A DNA stretch of 63,552 nt, the filler included, from Chiloscyllium plagiosum (lineage: Eukaryota), in NCBI RefSeq assembly GCF_004010195.1. It is 4 parts of one record of this genome, joined end to end, with 100 filler letters (N's around TTAATTAATTAA, not from the genome) between each part and the next. Parts side by side here need not be neighbours in the genome. Positions count along the whole stretch, not along the records: positions 1 to 17,261 come from NC_057712.1; positions 17,362 to 40,187 come from NC_057712.1; 2 more parts are not named here. One strand, written 5' to 3'. Both the position numbers and the translations under genes were made by a program. The notes beneath the pieces are model-generated. The model worked only from the letters and a program-made list of their open reading frames with translations, had not been told where the DNA came from and made no database searches. How positions within the stretch are numbered: position 1 is the first letter of the stretch; each line of letters starts with the position of its first letter. This document shows, piece after piece, positions 11,490-24,060 of this stretch.

Positions 11490-13085
11490 ATTACTCTGAC
11501 CTGCTCTTGGGGCCACTGAATTTATGTGGCAAGTCCACATAATTTCTGGTCAATGATAACCACCAGGATGTTGATAATGAGGGATTCAGTGATGACGATA
11601 CCACTAAATGTCAAGGGCAGTGGTTAGATTGCCTCTTATTGGTGATGGTCATTGATTGGCATTTGTGAGACATGAATATTACTTGCCACTTGTTGGCCCA
11701 AGCCTGGATATTGTCCAGAACTTGTTGCATTTGAACAAGGACTGCTTCAGTGTCTAAGGAGTCAGGAACAATACTAAACATTGTGCAATCATCAGCAAAC
11801 ATCCCCACTTCTGATCTTATGATGGAAGGAAAGTTATTAATGGAGCAGATAAAGATGATTGGGCCTGGGACACTACTCTGAGGAATTCCTGCAGAGATGT
11901 CCTGGAGCTGAGATGATTAGCCTCCAACAATCACAATCATTTTCCTATGTTCAATCAAGGGAGATTTTGCCCCCGATTCCCATTGATTCCAGTTATGCTA
12001 GAGTTCCTTGATGCCACACTTGGTCAATGCAACCTTGATGTCAAGAGCTGTCACTCACACCTCACCTCTGAACTTCAGTTCTTTTGTCGATGTCTGAACC
12101 AACGCTGTAATGTAGAACTAAGTGGTCCTGGTAGAACCCAACTGGGCATCACTGAGCAGATTATTGCTGAGCAGGTGATGCTTGATAGCACTCTTGGTGA
12201 CACGTTCCATCATTTTACTGATGATTGAAAGTGGAGTGATGGGGCAGAAATTGGTTGGGTTGGATTTGTCCTGCTTTTTGTGTATTGGATATACCTGTTG
12301 GGTAGGTGCCAGCTTGGCTCAGGGTGCAGCAAGTTCTGAAGCCCAGAATGTTGTCCGGGCCTTTGCAGTATCCAGTGCCCCTAACCATTTCTTGATATCG
12401 CATGGAGTGAATCGAATTGGCTGAAGGCTAGTATCTGTAATGCTGGGGAACAACAGAGGATGCCAAGATGGATCATCCAATTGGCACTTCTGGCTGAAGA
12501 TTGCAGCAAATGCTTCAGCCTTATCTTTTGTATTGATGTGCTGGGCTCTTCCATCATTGAAGATGGGGATATTTGTGGACATTCCTCTTCCAGTGAGTTG
12601 TTTAACTAGAATCAATTAGCTCTGTCTAACACTTGCTGCTTATGCCATTTGATATGCAAGTAATCCTGTTTGGTAGCTTCACCAGGTTGATATCTTATTT
12701 TTAGGTATGCTTTGTGCTAGTCCTGACATGCTCTTCTGCACTGTCAATTGAACCAGGGCTTATCTCCTAACCTGATGGTAATGGTTAAATGGGGGATATG
12801 CCGGGCCATGAGGTTACAGATTGTGCTGGAGTATAATTTTGCTGCTGTTGATGGCCCACAACACTTCATGGATGCCCTGTCTTGAATTGCTAGATTTGTT
12901 TGAAGTCTGCCCCATTTTGCACACTGATCATGTCACACAACGCTATGGATGTTATTCTCAATAAAAAGGTGGGATTTCACTCTTCCCGATACTGTCATGA
13001 CAGATGCATCTGCAGCTGACAGATTGTTAAGGATGAGGTCAAGCAAGTATTTTCCATTTCCTTGGTTCCCTAACGACCTGCCAAA
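11490..13085 (-). mobile_element. LINE (CR1/L2 group) ORF2 relic
   Basis: MFADDCTMFS...QAWANKWQVIF (RT FADD) and KDKAEAFAAIFSQKC...KKWLGALDTAKA. Confidence 0.85.
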
Positions 13086-13214
13086 GACCCCAGAGATTTA
13101 TCTATCTTTATATGTTCTCAGAGCTCCTGCACTGCCTCTTCTTGAATGTGAACTGTTTTCAATACATCACTGTTTATGTCCCCAGTTTCCCTAGCTTCTA
13201 TATCTTTCTCCACA

Positions 13215-13541
13215 GTATCGCTGAACTGTTAATCCAAAGACCCAGATAATGTTCTGGTGACCCGGGTTCAAATCTCGCCATGGGAGATGGTAGAATTTGA
13301 ATTAAATAAATATCTGATTTAGAGTCTAATGATGACCATGAATCCATTGTTGATTGTCAGGAAAAACCCATCTGGTTCATTAATGTCCTTGAGGGAAGGA
13401 AACTGCCATGGTCTGGCCTCCATGTGACTCCAAACCCAGAGAGTGTGGTTAACCTTTAAGTGCCCTCTGTGCAATTATGTGGAAGGGCAATAAATGCTGG
13501 CTTAGCTAGCGACACCCTCACCTGTGAATGAGTAAAGAAAA
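13215..13541 (+). mobile_element. Second tRNA-derived SINE family
   Basis: B box gggttcaaatc, central aacccatctggttcattaatgtccttgagggaagg, tail gggcaataaatgctggc shared with the LINE ends at 530-670 and 33020-33125. Confidence 0.75.
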
Positions 13542-13559
13542 TGCACTAGTTTAAATGCT

Positions 13560-14118
13560 GGGAGACATCCACAAAGCTACACCAACTGCTGAAGTGGGAC
13601 CACTTTCAAACATTTCAGAGAACACCTCTAGGACACATGCACAAAGTAACCGCACTGCCTTGTGGCTGAGCACTTTTAACTCCCCCTACCACTCTGCTAA
13701 GGACATGCAAGTCCTGGGCCTCCTCCACCTCCAAACCCTAACCACCTGATGCCTGGGAGGAAGAAAGCCTCATCTTCCATTTTGGGACTCTCCAGCCACA
13801 TGGGGTCAATGTGGATTTCATCAGTTTCCTCATTTCCCCTTCCCCCCACTTTATCCCAGATCCAGTCTTCCAACTCAGCACCGCCCTCACCCTCTTTCTC
13901 ACCTATCCACTCCACCCTCCTCTCCGACCTATCACTTTCACCCCCAACCTCATCTACTTATTGCATTCTTAACTACCTTCCCCCCAGCCCCAACCCTCTC
14001 CCATTTATCTCTCAGCTTCCTTGGGACCCAAGCCTCATTTCTGATGAAGGGCTTATGTTGGAAACATTAACTTTCCTGCTTCAGATGCTGCCTGACTTGC
14101 CGTGTTTTTCCAGGATTC
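13560..14118 (+). mobile_element. Penelope-like element 3' part (family A): GIY-YIG end and terminal repeat
   Basis: Reads HFREHL...VAEHF-NSPYHSAKDMQVLGLLH...LIFHFGTLQPHGVNVDF, then a C-rich UTR and degenerate ctgatgaagggcttatgttggaaac at 14041. Confidence 0.85.
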
Positions 14119-14297
14119 TAAGCTGGTATGGCTTAAGAATGAGTAGCTTGTGAAGCTCAATTCTTGTTGCAGTTTTCAAGACAGTTGATCAGGCAACTGA
14201 TAATGCAAACTAGAAATACATTTGCAAATATGAGCTTTCACTTGCAATGGAGTGTCACTCATGCACTCATGCCACCCATGTGCCCTTGAGAAACATT

Positions 14298-14545
14298 TAG
14301 AGTCATAGAGTCATAAAATGTACAGCATGGAAATAGACCCTTTGGTCCAACTCATCCATGCCAACCAGATATCCCAACCCAATCTAGTCCCATTTGCCAG
14401 CATTTGGGCCATATCCCTCTAAACCCTTCCTATTCTTATACCAATCCAGATGCCTTTTAAATTTGTAATTGTACCAGCCTCCACCTCTTCTGCTAGCAGC
14501 TTATTCCATACATGCACCACTCTCTGCATGAAAAAGTTGCCCATT
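14298..14545 (-). mobile_element. CR1 3' end
   Basis: tagagtcatagagtcata tail microsatellite plus conserved 3' UTR; closely similar to 16850-17100 and 54950-55098. Confidence 0.9.
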
Positions 14546-15074
14546 TGTGTTTGACCTGAAGCACGATTGGACTTTAAAAATGACCCTCATATGGATTTCG
14601 TAGGAGGTCCCAATAGTAGCAAGTACGTCTGCCATTACTGAGTGCATAATAGTGCAGGTGGGTGCCATAGGTGCAAGGGGGCATAACTAATGACGCAAGT
14701 TGCAGAGAATTACATGAGATAACTTGCTCACAGAGAGCCTGTCCACTAAGCTCTGAAATTGATACTTCGCCTATTTTTGATAAAGTTCAGTCCAAAAAAT
14801 AGTCAGATAGTGCAAATTAGTTTTCAGACTGTAAGTGGAACAACTTTTGATTACAAATGTTCCCACCATTTATGTTTGTCAACTTTTAGCAAACAATAGT
14901 GATATAATTCCACCTTGGAACACTAACTATTCAAGGAGGGTACTCGTCTCTATTCAAAATGATTGTGCTATTTTCGATTGAGGAAATGGTGAATATGCAG
15001 GGATATGTTTTTTTAATGAATTGTTCTTATGGATGTTTGCAATGTGACCTAATATGCTGCATCTATCAATACAA

Positions 15075-15246
15075 GGCAGGATCCAAAGAGCATGAGAATC
15101 GACGTTTCGGGCATGAGCCCTTCTTCAGGAAGGGCTCATGCCCGAAACGTTGATTCACCTGCTCCTTGGATGCTGCCTGACCTGCTGCGCTTTTCCAGCA
15201 ACACATTTTCAGCTCTGATATCTAGCATCTGCAGTCCTCACTTTCT
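15075..15246. mobile_element. Family A Penelope-derived mini inverted-repeat insertion
   Basis: 13-bp TSD tctatcaatacaa (15062-15074, 15247-15259); inverted arms centred near 15125. Confidence 0.9.
15097..15130 (-). ncRNA. Minimal hammerhead ribozyme motif (family A)
   Basis: Minus: tc CTGAAGA a GGGC tcat GCCC GAA ACGT C gatt; core intact. Confidence 0.7.
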
Positions 15247-16844
15247 TCTATCAATACAATACCAATCTACTAACAAGAAACATTTATCAATCAGAAAACA
15301 TTTCTCCAATGCCACCAGTGGAAAGAACTCTAATTTAAGTCTATGATTATCAGGCCTCTGCATATTCTTCACAGTCCGAACCTTTTATGTAAGTGCTGCA
15401 TGGCCACATGATGGCGCCAGAAGGCAAGCCTTGTACAATGCGTTTAGCACAATTTTCGTGAGGAAGATACACACACAGAACCTTGAAGAATTTTCTGCAA
15501 ATGTGTTGGATCCAGGGTCTTGCCAGGACTCATTTTCAAATCAAGGGAAACAAAGTCTCACAATCAAATGTGATTTTTACGCAAGGTGAGATAGAACAGA
15601 TTGATATCAGGATTATTAATCTGTGTTGTACTGCACACCAGTGGTTCCAAACACTTACACACTTCAATGGGAGAAATAATTCTGTGACAGAGCCACTGTT
15701 TCCAAATGAATTGATTGCTGGTAACATTTCCTTGCATTTACCATAGTTCTGACCTTACGGGAGAGGTCACAAAATAGTGCAAACAACAAGCTATAGGAAG
15801 AATAAATTAGCTCATGGTTTAAATTCACCTGAAAAACATACACCAACTTTGACTGCGAGCATGGACACATCTTCAAAATCTGCACAACTCAACTACCTCT
15901 AACTATTCATGGCCTAAATCCGTTTCACACATTGCACTCCGTTCAGGGGTCGGAATTTTGCAGATGACATACCACATTCGGAACAATATTTTTAAATATA
16001 TAGTTTTTATTAAATAGTTGAACTGATGCAAAATAGAAATAAAAGGGATCAGAGCAAAACATGAATTAGAGTAACTAGTAGCTGATAAGGGTAATGGGAA
16101 CCCTGAGGCTGAGAGGGCCACCCCCAAATCTTCTTCGACTGACAAAAGCTCCCTCTCCCTCCTATTTTGACATTTATCAGTGTTGAAAATGCTAGCATAC
16201 AGTTGCAAGGCTATAGAGATAGCATGGTCTGAGATTGTCAGATATTTCTCTACTGCTGTGGGTGAGTTTTTTCAGTTGTTATTTTGGTTGATTAAAATAT
16301 CATTTAAGATGGAACAATGTTTATTTTATATTGATTTCCATTACGTTTGTATAAAATTTCATGGCATACTTGGACAGTTCTCAAGGAATGCCAATGTGCA
16401 ACATCAACCTTGCCCCACACAATGGACAGTCTGAAGTTTGCAAATGTCTCTCATTCTTTGATTTAATCCTTTTCTGTCTTTAAATTCCCTAAATAGGTAA
16501 ACATGTCATGAGCAACACCTGCCTGAAACAGAACTACACTATAACCTTGCTTAAACAGAAGCAGTTTGATAGTACATAAAAAGATGGGGCTAAATATGCG
16601 ATAAATCTCTCTGAGTACTTCCTGAAAATGAATTTCCTCTAACTCATGCTTTCAGCTTTGGTGTGACTTCATCTTGAATTAAATGGTAAGAGGTATATGA
16701 TAAGTTCCAACTCTTTCATTACCAGTTGTCTAACCACACGCCAAAGTCTGAGGAGACGCTAAAGCTTTAAAAACACATCTAGTAGATCTGGGACATGCAT
16801 ATTGTGGAACACCTATTATTTGGCAGATTATCACTTGCAATGTG

Positions 16845-17261
16845 AACATAGAGACATAGAGTCATAGAGATGTACAGCATGGAAACAGACTCTTCGTTCC
16901 AACCCGTCCATGCCGACCAGATATCCCAACCCAATCCAGTCCCACATGCCAGCATCCGGCCCATGTCCCTCCAAACCTTTCCTATTCATATACCCATCCA
17001 AATGCCTCTTAAATGTTGCAATTGTATCAGCCTCCACCACTTCCTCTGGCAGGTCATTCCATACATGTACCACCCTCAGCGTGAAAAGGTTGCCCCTTAG
17101 GTCTCTTTTATATCTTTCCTCTCTCACCCTAAACCTATGCCCTCTAGTTCTGGACTCCCCGACCCCAGGGAAAAGACTTTGCCTATTTATCCTATCCATG
17201 CCCCTCATAATTTTGTAAACCTCTGTAAGGTCACCCCTCAGCCTCCGACGCTCCAGGGAAA
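16845..17261 (-). mobile_element. CR1 3' end, relatively young
   Basis: ORF 16831-17208 MRGMDR...SRTRGHRFRV...RVVHVWNDLPEEVVEADTIATFKRHLDGYM; truncated by a gap. Confidence 0.92.
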
Positions 17262-17361
17262 NNNNNNNNNNNNNNNNNNNNNNNNNNNNNNNNNNNNNNN
17301 NNNNNTTAATTAATTAANNNNNNNNNNNNNNNNNNNNNNNNNNNNNNNNNNNNNNNNNNNN
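17262..17361. other. Assembly gap with six-frame stop linker
   Basis: 44 N + TTAATTAATTAA + 44 N; identical structure at 40188-40287 and 57161-57260. Confidence 0.95.
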
Positions 17362-17664
17362 TCCAGGTTCGATTCCAGCCTCAGGTGACTATCTGTCTGT
17401 GTGGAGTTTGCATATTCTCCCAGTGTCTGCTTGGTTTCCTCCGGGTGTTCCGGCTTCCTCCCACAATCCAAAGATGTGCAGATCAGGTGAATTGGCTATG
17501 CTAAATTGCCTATAGTGTTCAAGGATGTTTAGGTTAGGTGCATTAATCAGGGGCAAAAATAGGATAACAGGGTAGGGGAATGGGTATAGGTGGGTTACTC
17601 TTCTGAGGGTCAGTGTGAATTTGTCGGGCTGAAGGGCCTGATTCCACACTGTAGGGATTCTATG
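17362..17664 (+). mobile_element. HE1/V-type SINE (5' end lost in gap)
   Basis: B box ggttcgattcc, V-domain and ccacactgtagggattctat tail. Confidence 0.9.
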
Positions 17665-17699
17665 ATTGTTTGCAAGACACAGACTCCCAAAAGTCACAG

Positions 17700-18855
17700 A
17701 CTATGGGACATCATTTATCAGCAGGGATTTTGAGTATTTTCTAAAGTTTAATAGCACTCAGCATGTTCAGACAGCTCCATATCATCCATCATCCAATGTT
17801 CTAGCAGAAAGACCAGTCCAAACATTGAAGGCAGACTGAAAGAAACAGCCTACAGTTTCACTCAATGACCAAACTGTCCTAGTTCCTGTTTGATTATAAG
17901 ACCGCCCCTAATACAACTACAAGGATACCTTCAGTAGAATTGCTGATGAGGAGAAGATTGCGCACCAGGGTAAATCTGATACTCCCAGACCCAAGGATGG
18001 GGAAGGGTGAAACAGTGTCAGTAACGTGAATGCCAGCCCAAATGCCTCCTCTCAGTATGAGAGACAGTTTACTGCAAGGTTGAAGTTTGGTATTGAAATC
18101 ATGGATATGGTCCTGTATGGGTATGAAGCAAGGTCGATATGAGGTCAAATCCTGTGAAATATAAAGTTTGGATACGAGAAGCAGTCCTGAACAAAGCGCA
18201 GAGATGGCATGAAAGCTGCTTCCGCACAAACGGGCAAGAGCAAAATGTCCCCGGCCCCTCAGAACAGTCAGAAAGGCTGTCAGAAACTATGGGAATCTCC
18301 ACCCTATTCTAGCATCATAGAAACCTCAATAGCATTACCGCCTAAAGAGGAGGAGGAATTTCTTCTGAGATGCTTCAGGTGCAAGAGATAGGTTACATGT
18401 CATTACACGCTGCCTGTATCTGAGTAAGATTCGGAAGAACTGGACTGGGGATGAAAATGTCCTAGGAGAACCTACTAGATAAAGAACAGGCCTCTTCCCC
18501 AGATATTGGGGGTGTGAGGGGGTGGGGGGAAGGAATGGAGTGATTGAAATCACATTAGCCAGGTGGATCTCATTGAGTATAAGTTCCCTGATTAGGGCTG
18601 TTAACCTGGGCCAATCAAGTAGTCCTGGGTGACGGAAATAAACAGGAGACAAAATTTGAGTGATGCTGGAAAAGCACAGCAGGTCAGGCAGCATCCGAGG
18701 AGCAGGAAAATCAATGTTTCAGACAGGAGTTCTTTATCAGGATTTTGCATATTCCTGCCTGGCCTGCTGTGCTTTTCCAGCACCACTCTAATCTTGACTC
18801 TGATCTCCAGCATCTGCAGTCCTCACTTTTGTCCTGGATATAAACAGGAGTCAAA
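17700..18855 (+). mobile_element. Gypsy relic: integrase C-terminal half, PPT and start of 3' LTR
   Basis: GTSFISRDFEYFLKFNSTQHVQTAPYHPSSNVLAERPVQTLK; G-rich PPT ~18508-18535; LTR-like sequence with CCAAT and TATA-like motifs. Confidence 0.8.
18649..18835. mobile_element. Family A Penelope-derived mini insertion
   Basis: Inverted gctggaaaagcacagcagg / cctgctgtgcttttccagc arms; flanks ggaaataaacaggag (18634-18648) and ggatataaacaggag (18836-18850) match at 14/15. Confidence 0.8.
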
Positions 18856-19319
18856 TTGCTGCAATTATTGAAAGCAGTTCATATCGCAATTATTCTACAC
18901 AACTCCCTCTTACTGAGTCACCTTTCCTCAAACTTGTTTTCATACGTTGTGGACAGTGTGAAGCAGATGTTGTTTTAAGTGATTATACCAAAACATTTTT
19001 CAGCAAAAGCTTATTATTGTGTTACCCTCAAACAGTACTCTAAATGTAACAGGTCAGTTCTGAAATTTGAAGATTTTGGCAGTTGTAGTACCTTACTGAT
19101 TTGAAGACACTTTCCAAATATTTTGTTTCCCTTTTTGACTTTTGGGTATTGATTATCATGTAAACCATAATGATTTGTGAAAGTTTATTAAAAATTACAA
19201 TTCTAGGAATGCTCATGATAGCAACTGGATTAAGTGAACTATCACTATTCCTGTTGCATAATCTGTAACTTGAGAAATCTGTTTTAATGAAATAAAGATG
19301 TGTGGTAAAAATTATAAAG

Positions 19320-19864
19320 AGGAGTCTCAGCACACAGTGTCCACAACACCCCTGAACTGTTCAGGGAGAGGTGGGCACAGCAGAGGATGGAATGTTTTAT
19401 TTCCCTCTCCAACTCTATTTTGATTTGATCCCTGCCCTCCCCCTCACTTTTTGATCACACAGCATTGCCCTTTGATGAGAAGGGCACTGCTTGTTACTGG
19501 CCATTTGGATGTTTTCTTTCTTCCTGGTGGGTGGAATTTAAATAAAGATTTATGGACTTGTTGTTCTTCACTGTGTCTGATATCTGCACACACACAACAT
19601 GGGTGCTGGGGAAAAATAAGCACTACCGCAGTTAAGTGGTAGTATGGGGGGAGAAAAAAATAAAAAGAATTTTAAAAAGAAGGAAAATAAACAGGAGTCT
19701 CAGCACGCGGTGTCCACCAACACATTTGTGCTGTTCAGGGAGAGATGAGCACTGCAGGGAGTTGAAGTGTTTTATTCCCCCCTCCAACTTTATTTTGATT
19801 TAATCCATGCCCACCCCTTCACTTTTTGATCACACAGCATTGCCCTTTGTCAAGAAAGAGTGCT
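19320..19864 (+). repeat. Diverged tandem repeat (period 373 bp), resembling a Tx1/L1-clade 3' end
   Basis: aggagtctcagcac...cactttttgatcacacagcattgccctttg at 19320-19490 and 19693-19864, with an A-rich tract before the second copy. The Tx1 assignment is tentative. Confidence 0.7.
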
Positions 19865-19944
19865 AAAGGTTGGGAATTTGGTTGGCAAAGACCTATAGGC
19901 AGATCAAGCTGTCTAATGACCAGTGGTGGGAATCTATTTTTAGT

Positions 19945-20845
19945 ATGAACATACAAACAAGGAACGAAAGCCACTTGGCCCTCTGAGCCTGCTCCACCAT
20001 TCAGTAGAATGTAGATCAATGCTACATTTTTGCATATCATCAATAGTCTTTCAATGCTTTGGTAATCAAGATCTATCTACCTCATTCTCAAAATTATTTT
20101 ATGATTTGGCATCAACTAACTTTTAAGGAAAGGGACTCCAAAGACTCTCCACCTTCTGAGAGAAAACAATGTTTTCTCACCTCTGTTTTAAATAAGATGA
20201 CTCCTCATTTTTTAAACTATGACCCCTAGCTCTCAATTCCCCAGTATGAGGAAACATCCTTTCCCCATCCACCTGGTCAAGTTCCTTCAGGATCTTGTAT
20301 GTTTCAATCAAGTTACCTATGACTTTTCTAAACTCCAGAGGGTACGGGCTATTTTGTCTAGCCTTTCCTCGTAAAACAATCCACTTATTTTAGGTATTAG
20401 TCTAATAAGCCTTCTCTGAACTGCTTTCATTGCACTAGTGTCCTTATGTAAGTACAGTGATTGCAAATGTACACAATATTTAAGGTGTAGATTCAGTACG
20501 GCTTTGGACAATTGAAGTGAGATTTCTCCTCTTGTATTCTCCTTGCCTCACAATAAACCCGACATTCCATTGGCTTTGTTGATTAATTTCCAAACCAGCA
20601 TAGTTATCTTCGGGGATTCATGCACTAGGACACCAAGATCTTTCTGCATCTCAGAACTTTGCAACCTCTCATCATTTAGATAATGCATTTTTTTTAATTC
20701 TTTCCGCTAAAATTGAGAATTACATACTCTTCCACATTGCACTCCATTTGCTAGACTGTTGCCCATTCATTTAATCTATTTATATCCCTTTGTAGGATCC
20801 TTATATTTTCCTCACAACACACTCTTCTACATATCTTGTTTCACT
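19945..20845 (-). mobile_element. Old CR1 3' fragment
   Basis: HLKYCVHLQSLYL...AVQRRLIRLIP...YEERLDK plus 3' UTR. Confidence 0.85.
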
Positions 20846-21927
20846 AGTCCACTCACAACTGCAGAAATCAAAATCTTCTCATTCTAAAGGGTCCTAAATG
20901 CTTCTAAAATAAATCTACAAGAAAGTTTTCAAAATCAGCTAATTGAAAATTGTTTACAAAAGAAATTAATCTGCAAAGGGCTGAACAGAATTCTTGACAA
21001 TATACCCTCAGGTAGAAATGACCATTTGCGATTGCTTTATGACAAGATATATGAACATATAAGAGTCCTTACAATAACAAGTGAACAGAAACCTCACGTT
21101 AACACAACCAAGTCAATTACTGAGCATTAAATATTGTTGCTAGACTTCTGCCTAATAACATTGGAACTCTTTCCACTGATTTGATTTGGCCAAGACTTTT
21201 TATTGTGCATTCCACTGATATTATTCAAATCTGGTTTTGAGAACAACCCGACATATTCCTGCTTATCCATCATATGGTATTTATACATAGTACAGAGCAC
21301 ACCTTCCACAATTATCACCATAAAGTCATTGGTGATTGATTAGTTTTATTTTGTTATTTGGATAATCATTTATCTTCTGTAATAAAAAAGTAGAATCGTT
21401 TCTTTGTTAGATGCAGTTTAATATTTTTGCATTATTGCAATTTTCTATCTCGTTATCTAGCTGTCGGTCTAGCTCTCTCTTTCCCTCACTACTCATCCAT
21501 CTAAAGTCTAATTTACAATAATACCCCGATAGTACAATTGCTGCTAATGAAAACACAAAGGAAAATAGCAAAAAAAAATGAAGCCTTCTTGCATAGTAAT
21601 AGCGCAAAGACTCATTAAATGTTAAAATTACAGAGGAAAATGAGAAATTAAGCCTTCAGGATCTTTTTCTTGGTTGTTACGTCTCTAATGATCTTGCTTG
21701 TATGAGGTTGGTCGAAATGCTATATTGATAAGCTTAAATCACCGAGTCAAAATGAGCCATGGCATTTTCCTGGCTTTTCTAGACTTTTAAGTTACATTAA
21801 CTGTTTTTCTTACTTGCAAATTTGTATTCATGAGCTAGTTATGACCACGAATTTATTTGAATGTTATGGACATGAAAGCCAATATTAATATAATAAGCTA
21901 AAGACCTATTTAATAATTAGGTTTAAT

Positions 21928-22377
21928 GTTTGTGAGAAGATTTATAGCTCGGGTGCTCGTTGTTGTGGTTCTGTTCGCCGAGCTGGGAATTTGTGTTGCA
22001 GACATTTTGTCCCCTGTCTAGGTGACATCCTCAGTGCTTGAGAGCCTCCTGTGAAGCGCTTCTGTGATATTTCCTCCGGCATTTATAGTGGTTTGTCTCT
22101 GCCGCTTCCGGTTTTCCGTTCCAGCTGTCTGTTGCAGTGGTCGGTATATTGGGTCCAGGTCGATGTGCTTATTGATTGAATCAGTGGATGATGCCATGCC
22201 TTTAGGAATTCCCTGGCTGTTCTCTGTTTGGCTTGTCCTATTATAGTAGTGTTGTCCCAGTCGAACTCATGTTGCTTGTCATCTGCGTGTGTGGCTACTA
22301 AGGATAGCTGGTTGTGTCGTTTCGTGGCTAGTTGGTGTTCATGGATGCGGATCTTTAGCTGTCTTCCTGTTTGTCCT
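21928..22377 (-). mobile_element. Penelope-like element 3' part (family C): GIY-YIG endonuclease end and terminal region
   Basis: Minus reads GQTGRQLKIRIHEHQLATKRHNQLSLVATHADDKQHEFDWDNTTIIGQAKQRTAREFLKAWH..SINKHIDLDPIYRPL. Confidence 0.9.
21998..22037 (-). ncRNA. Minimal hammerhead motif (family C), core mutated
   Basis: Minus: GCA CTGAGGA t GTCaCCT agac AGGgGAC aAA ATGT C TGC. Stems I and II are present; GAA>AAA and ACGT>ATGT fit CpG decay. Confidence 0.65.
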
Positions 22378-23019
22378 TTTAATCTTAAAGAATCTTATCA
22401 TTAACTTCCTTCATTAGCCATGTCTGAGTGACCTTTTTGAGTTTTTGCACCTCAATGGATCACACAGGTGGGAAAGCCAAACTTAGCAAGGCCATTTTAA
22501 AATAGTGATGAATACAATCGACCACAATTTTCCTGATCCAAGTACCTAAAGCTGCAATATCGGAATTATATTGATTAAGGAGATGGAAACTCTCCAGAAG
22601 GACAGAATTGTCGTGTTTGAAGTTATTTCATTCTCCAATCCTAAAACTTATAAAAAAAGACTTTAGCTGTCAGAATAGAAGAAAAAAATGATGTTCTAGA
22701 ATATATTGATTGACAGGCCATTTGAGAAAAATCATGGCTATCTATTCCTGCAATTTCAAATGATTTTATTGTTCATATTTCCCAAGCATTATTATCACAG
22801 CTGGATCTGTCATTAATGGTTGGCTGATTCTCAAAAACATCAAAAGCTTTTAGCTCAGCAGGGATCTCAGTTCATGTCTTGCTTTTACAGTTTTAACGAA
22901 TTATTAAAGCATCACTGAGGTTTCTAACCAGATGTTTGCTTGTTTTTGAAACAGATTGTCCAGTTAAGGAGTTTAAAATCTTTGAAAGCGTTTCATTAAT
23001 AAAAGTAATTTTTAGCTAT

Positions 23020-24060
23020 CATTTGTTCATGCAATATGGGCATCGATGGCTAGGCCTCCATTTATTCTCCATTCTTAATTGCCCTTTAGAAGGTGGTGAT
23101 GAGGTGCCTTCTCAAATCACTGAGGTCTTTGAGGTGTCAATACATTCACAGTGCTGTTAAGTGGGGAGTTTCAGGATTTTGACCCAGCAATAGTGGAGGA
23201 ATGGTGGTATAATTCAGAGACCAAATGGTGAGTGGCTTAGAAAAGGGTCTGCAATTGATTGTACCTCCATTCATCTGATGCTCTGTCCTTGTGGATAGCA
23301 GAGGTTGAAGTTTTGGAAGATGCTGTTGAAAGACACTGAATGAATTGTTGAAGTACATCTTTTATATGGTACACACTATGGCCAGAGTGCATCAGTACTA
23401 ATGGGAGTAAATGCTGAAGGTGATGCATGGGGTGCCAAGCAAATAAGCTGCTTTGTCTTGCAGGCTTACATGGTGTTGAGCTTCTTGAGTTTTTAGGAGC
23501 TGCAAGTGGAGATTATGTCATCAAATTCCTGACTTATGTCTTATCAATGGTGGGCAGGCCTTTTTGAGAAAGTTAATAGGTGAGTTATTAACCATAGAAT
23601 TTCTAACTTCTAACCTGTTCTTGTAACTAATTAATTTTCTGGTGTATGGTAGCCCCCAGATGTTATGGGAATCAGAGATGGTAATATGATTGAATGTTAA
23701 GGGGAGATGGTGGGTTCTTTCTTGTTGGAAATGGTCAGTGTCTGGCAATTGTGTAGGTGATTGTTGCTTGGCCGAAACCTGAGTATTGTCCCACATGAAC
23801 ATGGACGATGGGGTTTATGATGATTGGGTGGGATGCTTTCTTTTGAGGGTCAGTGTGAACTTGATAGGCTGAATTGCCTGCTTCTACACTGCAGGGAATT
23901 CTATGGTTCTATGACCACTTCAATATATGATAAATTATGACTCGTGCTGAACATTGTACAATTAACAGTGTACATCCCATTTCTGACCCTATGATTGCAA
24001 GAGAAAGTGATTAATGAAGCAGCTAAATGGATGAGTATTGGACTCTATCTAGGTAAATGA
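23020..24060 (-). mobile_element. LINE 3' fragment (same family as 11490-13085) with an HE1 SINE tail at ~23805-23912 (+)
   Basis: Homologous to 11500-11880 and to the 530-670 tail; the insert ends ctacactgcagggaattctat. Confidence 0.75.

Noticed and set aside
17306..17317. TTAATTAATTAA palindrome recurring at 17306, 40232 and 57205
   Set aside because: It is always centred in 44N+12+44N and has stops in all six frames, so it is an artificial gap linker. Sequences on either side may not be truly adjacent.
20888..21130. About 80 stop-free codons on the plus strand (LIENCLQKKL...LLYDKIYEHIR)
   Set aside because: No start codon for the full frame, no homolog recognised and no clear splice sites.
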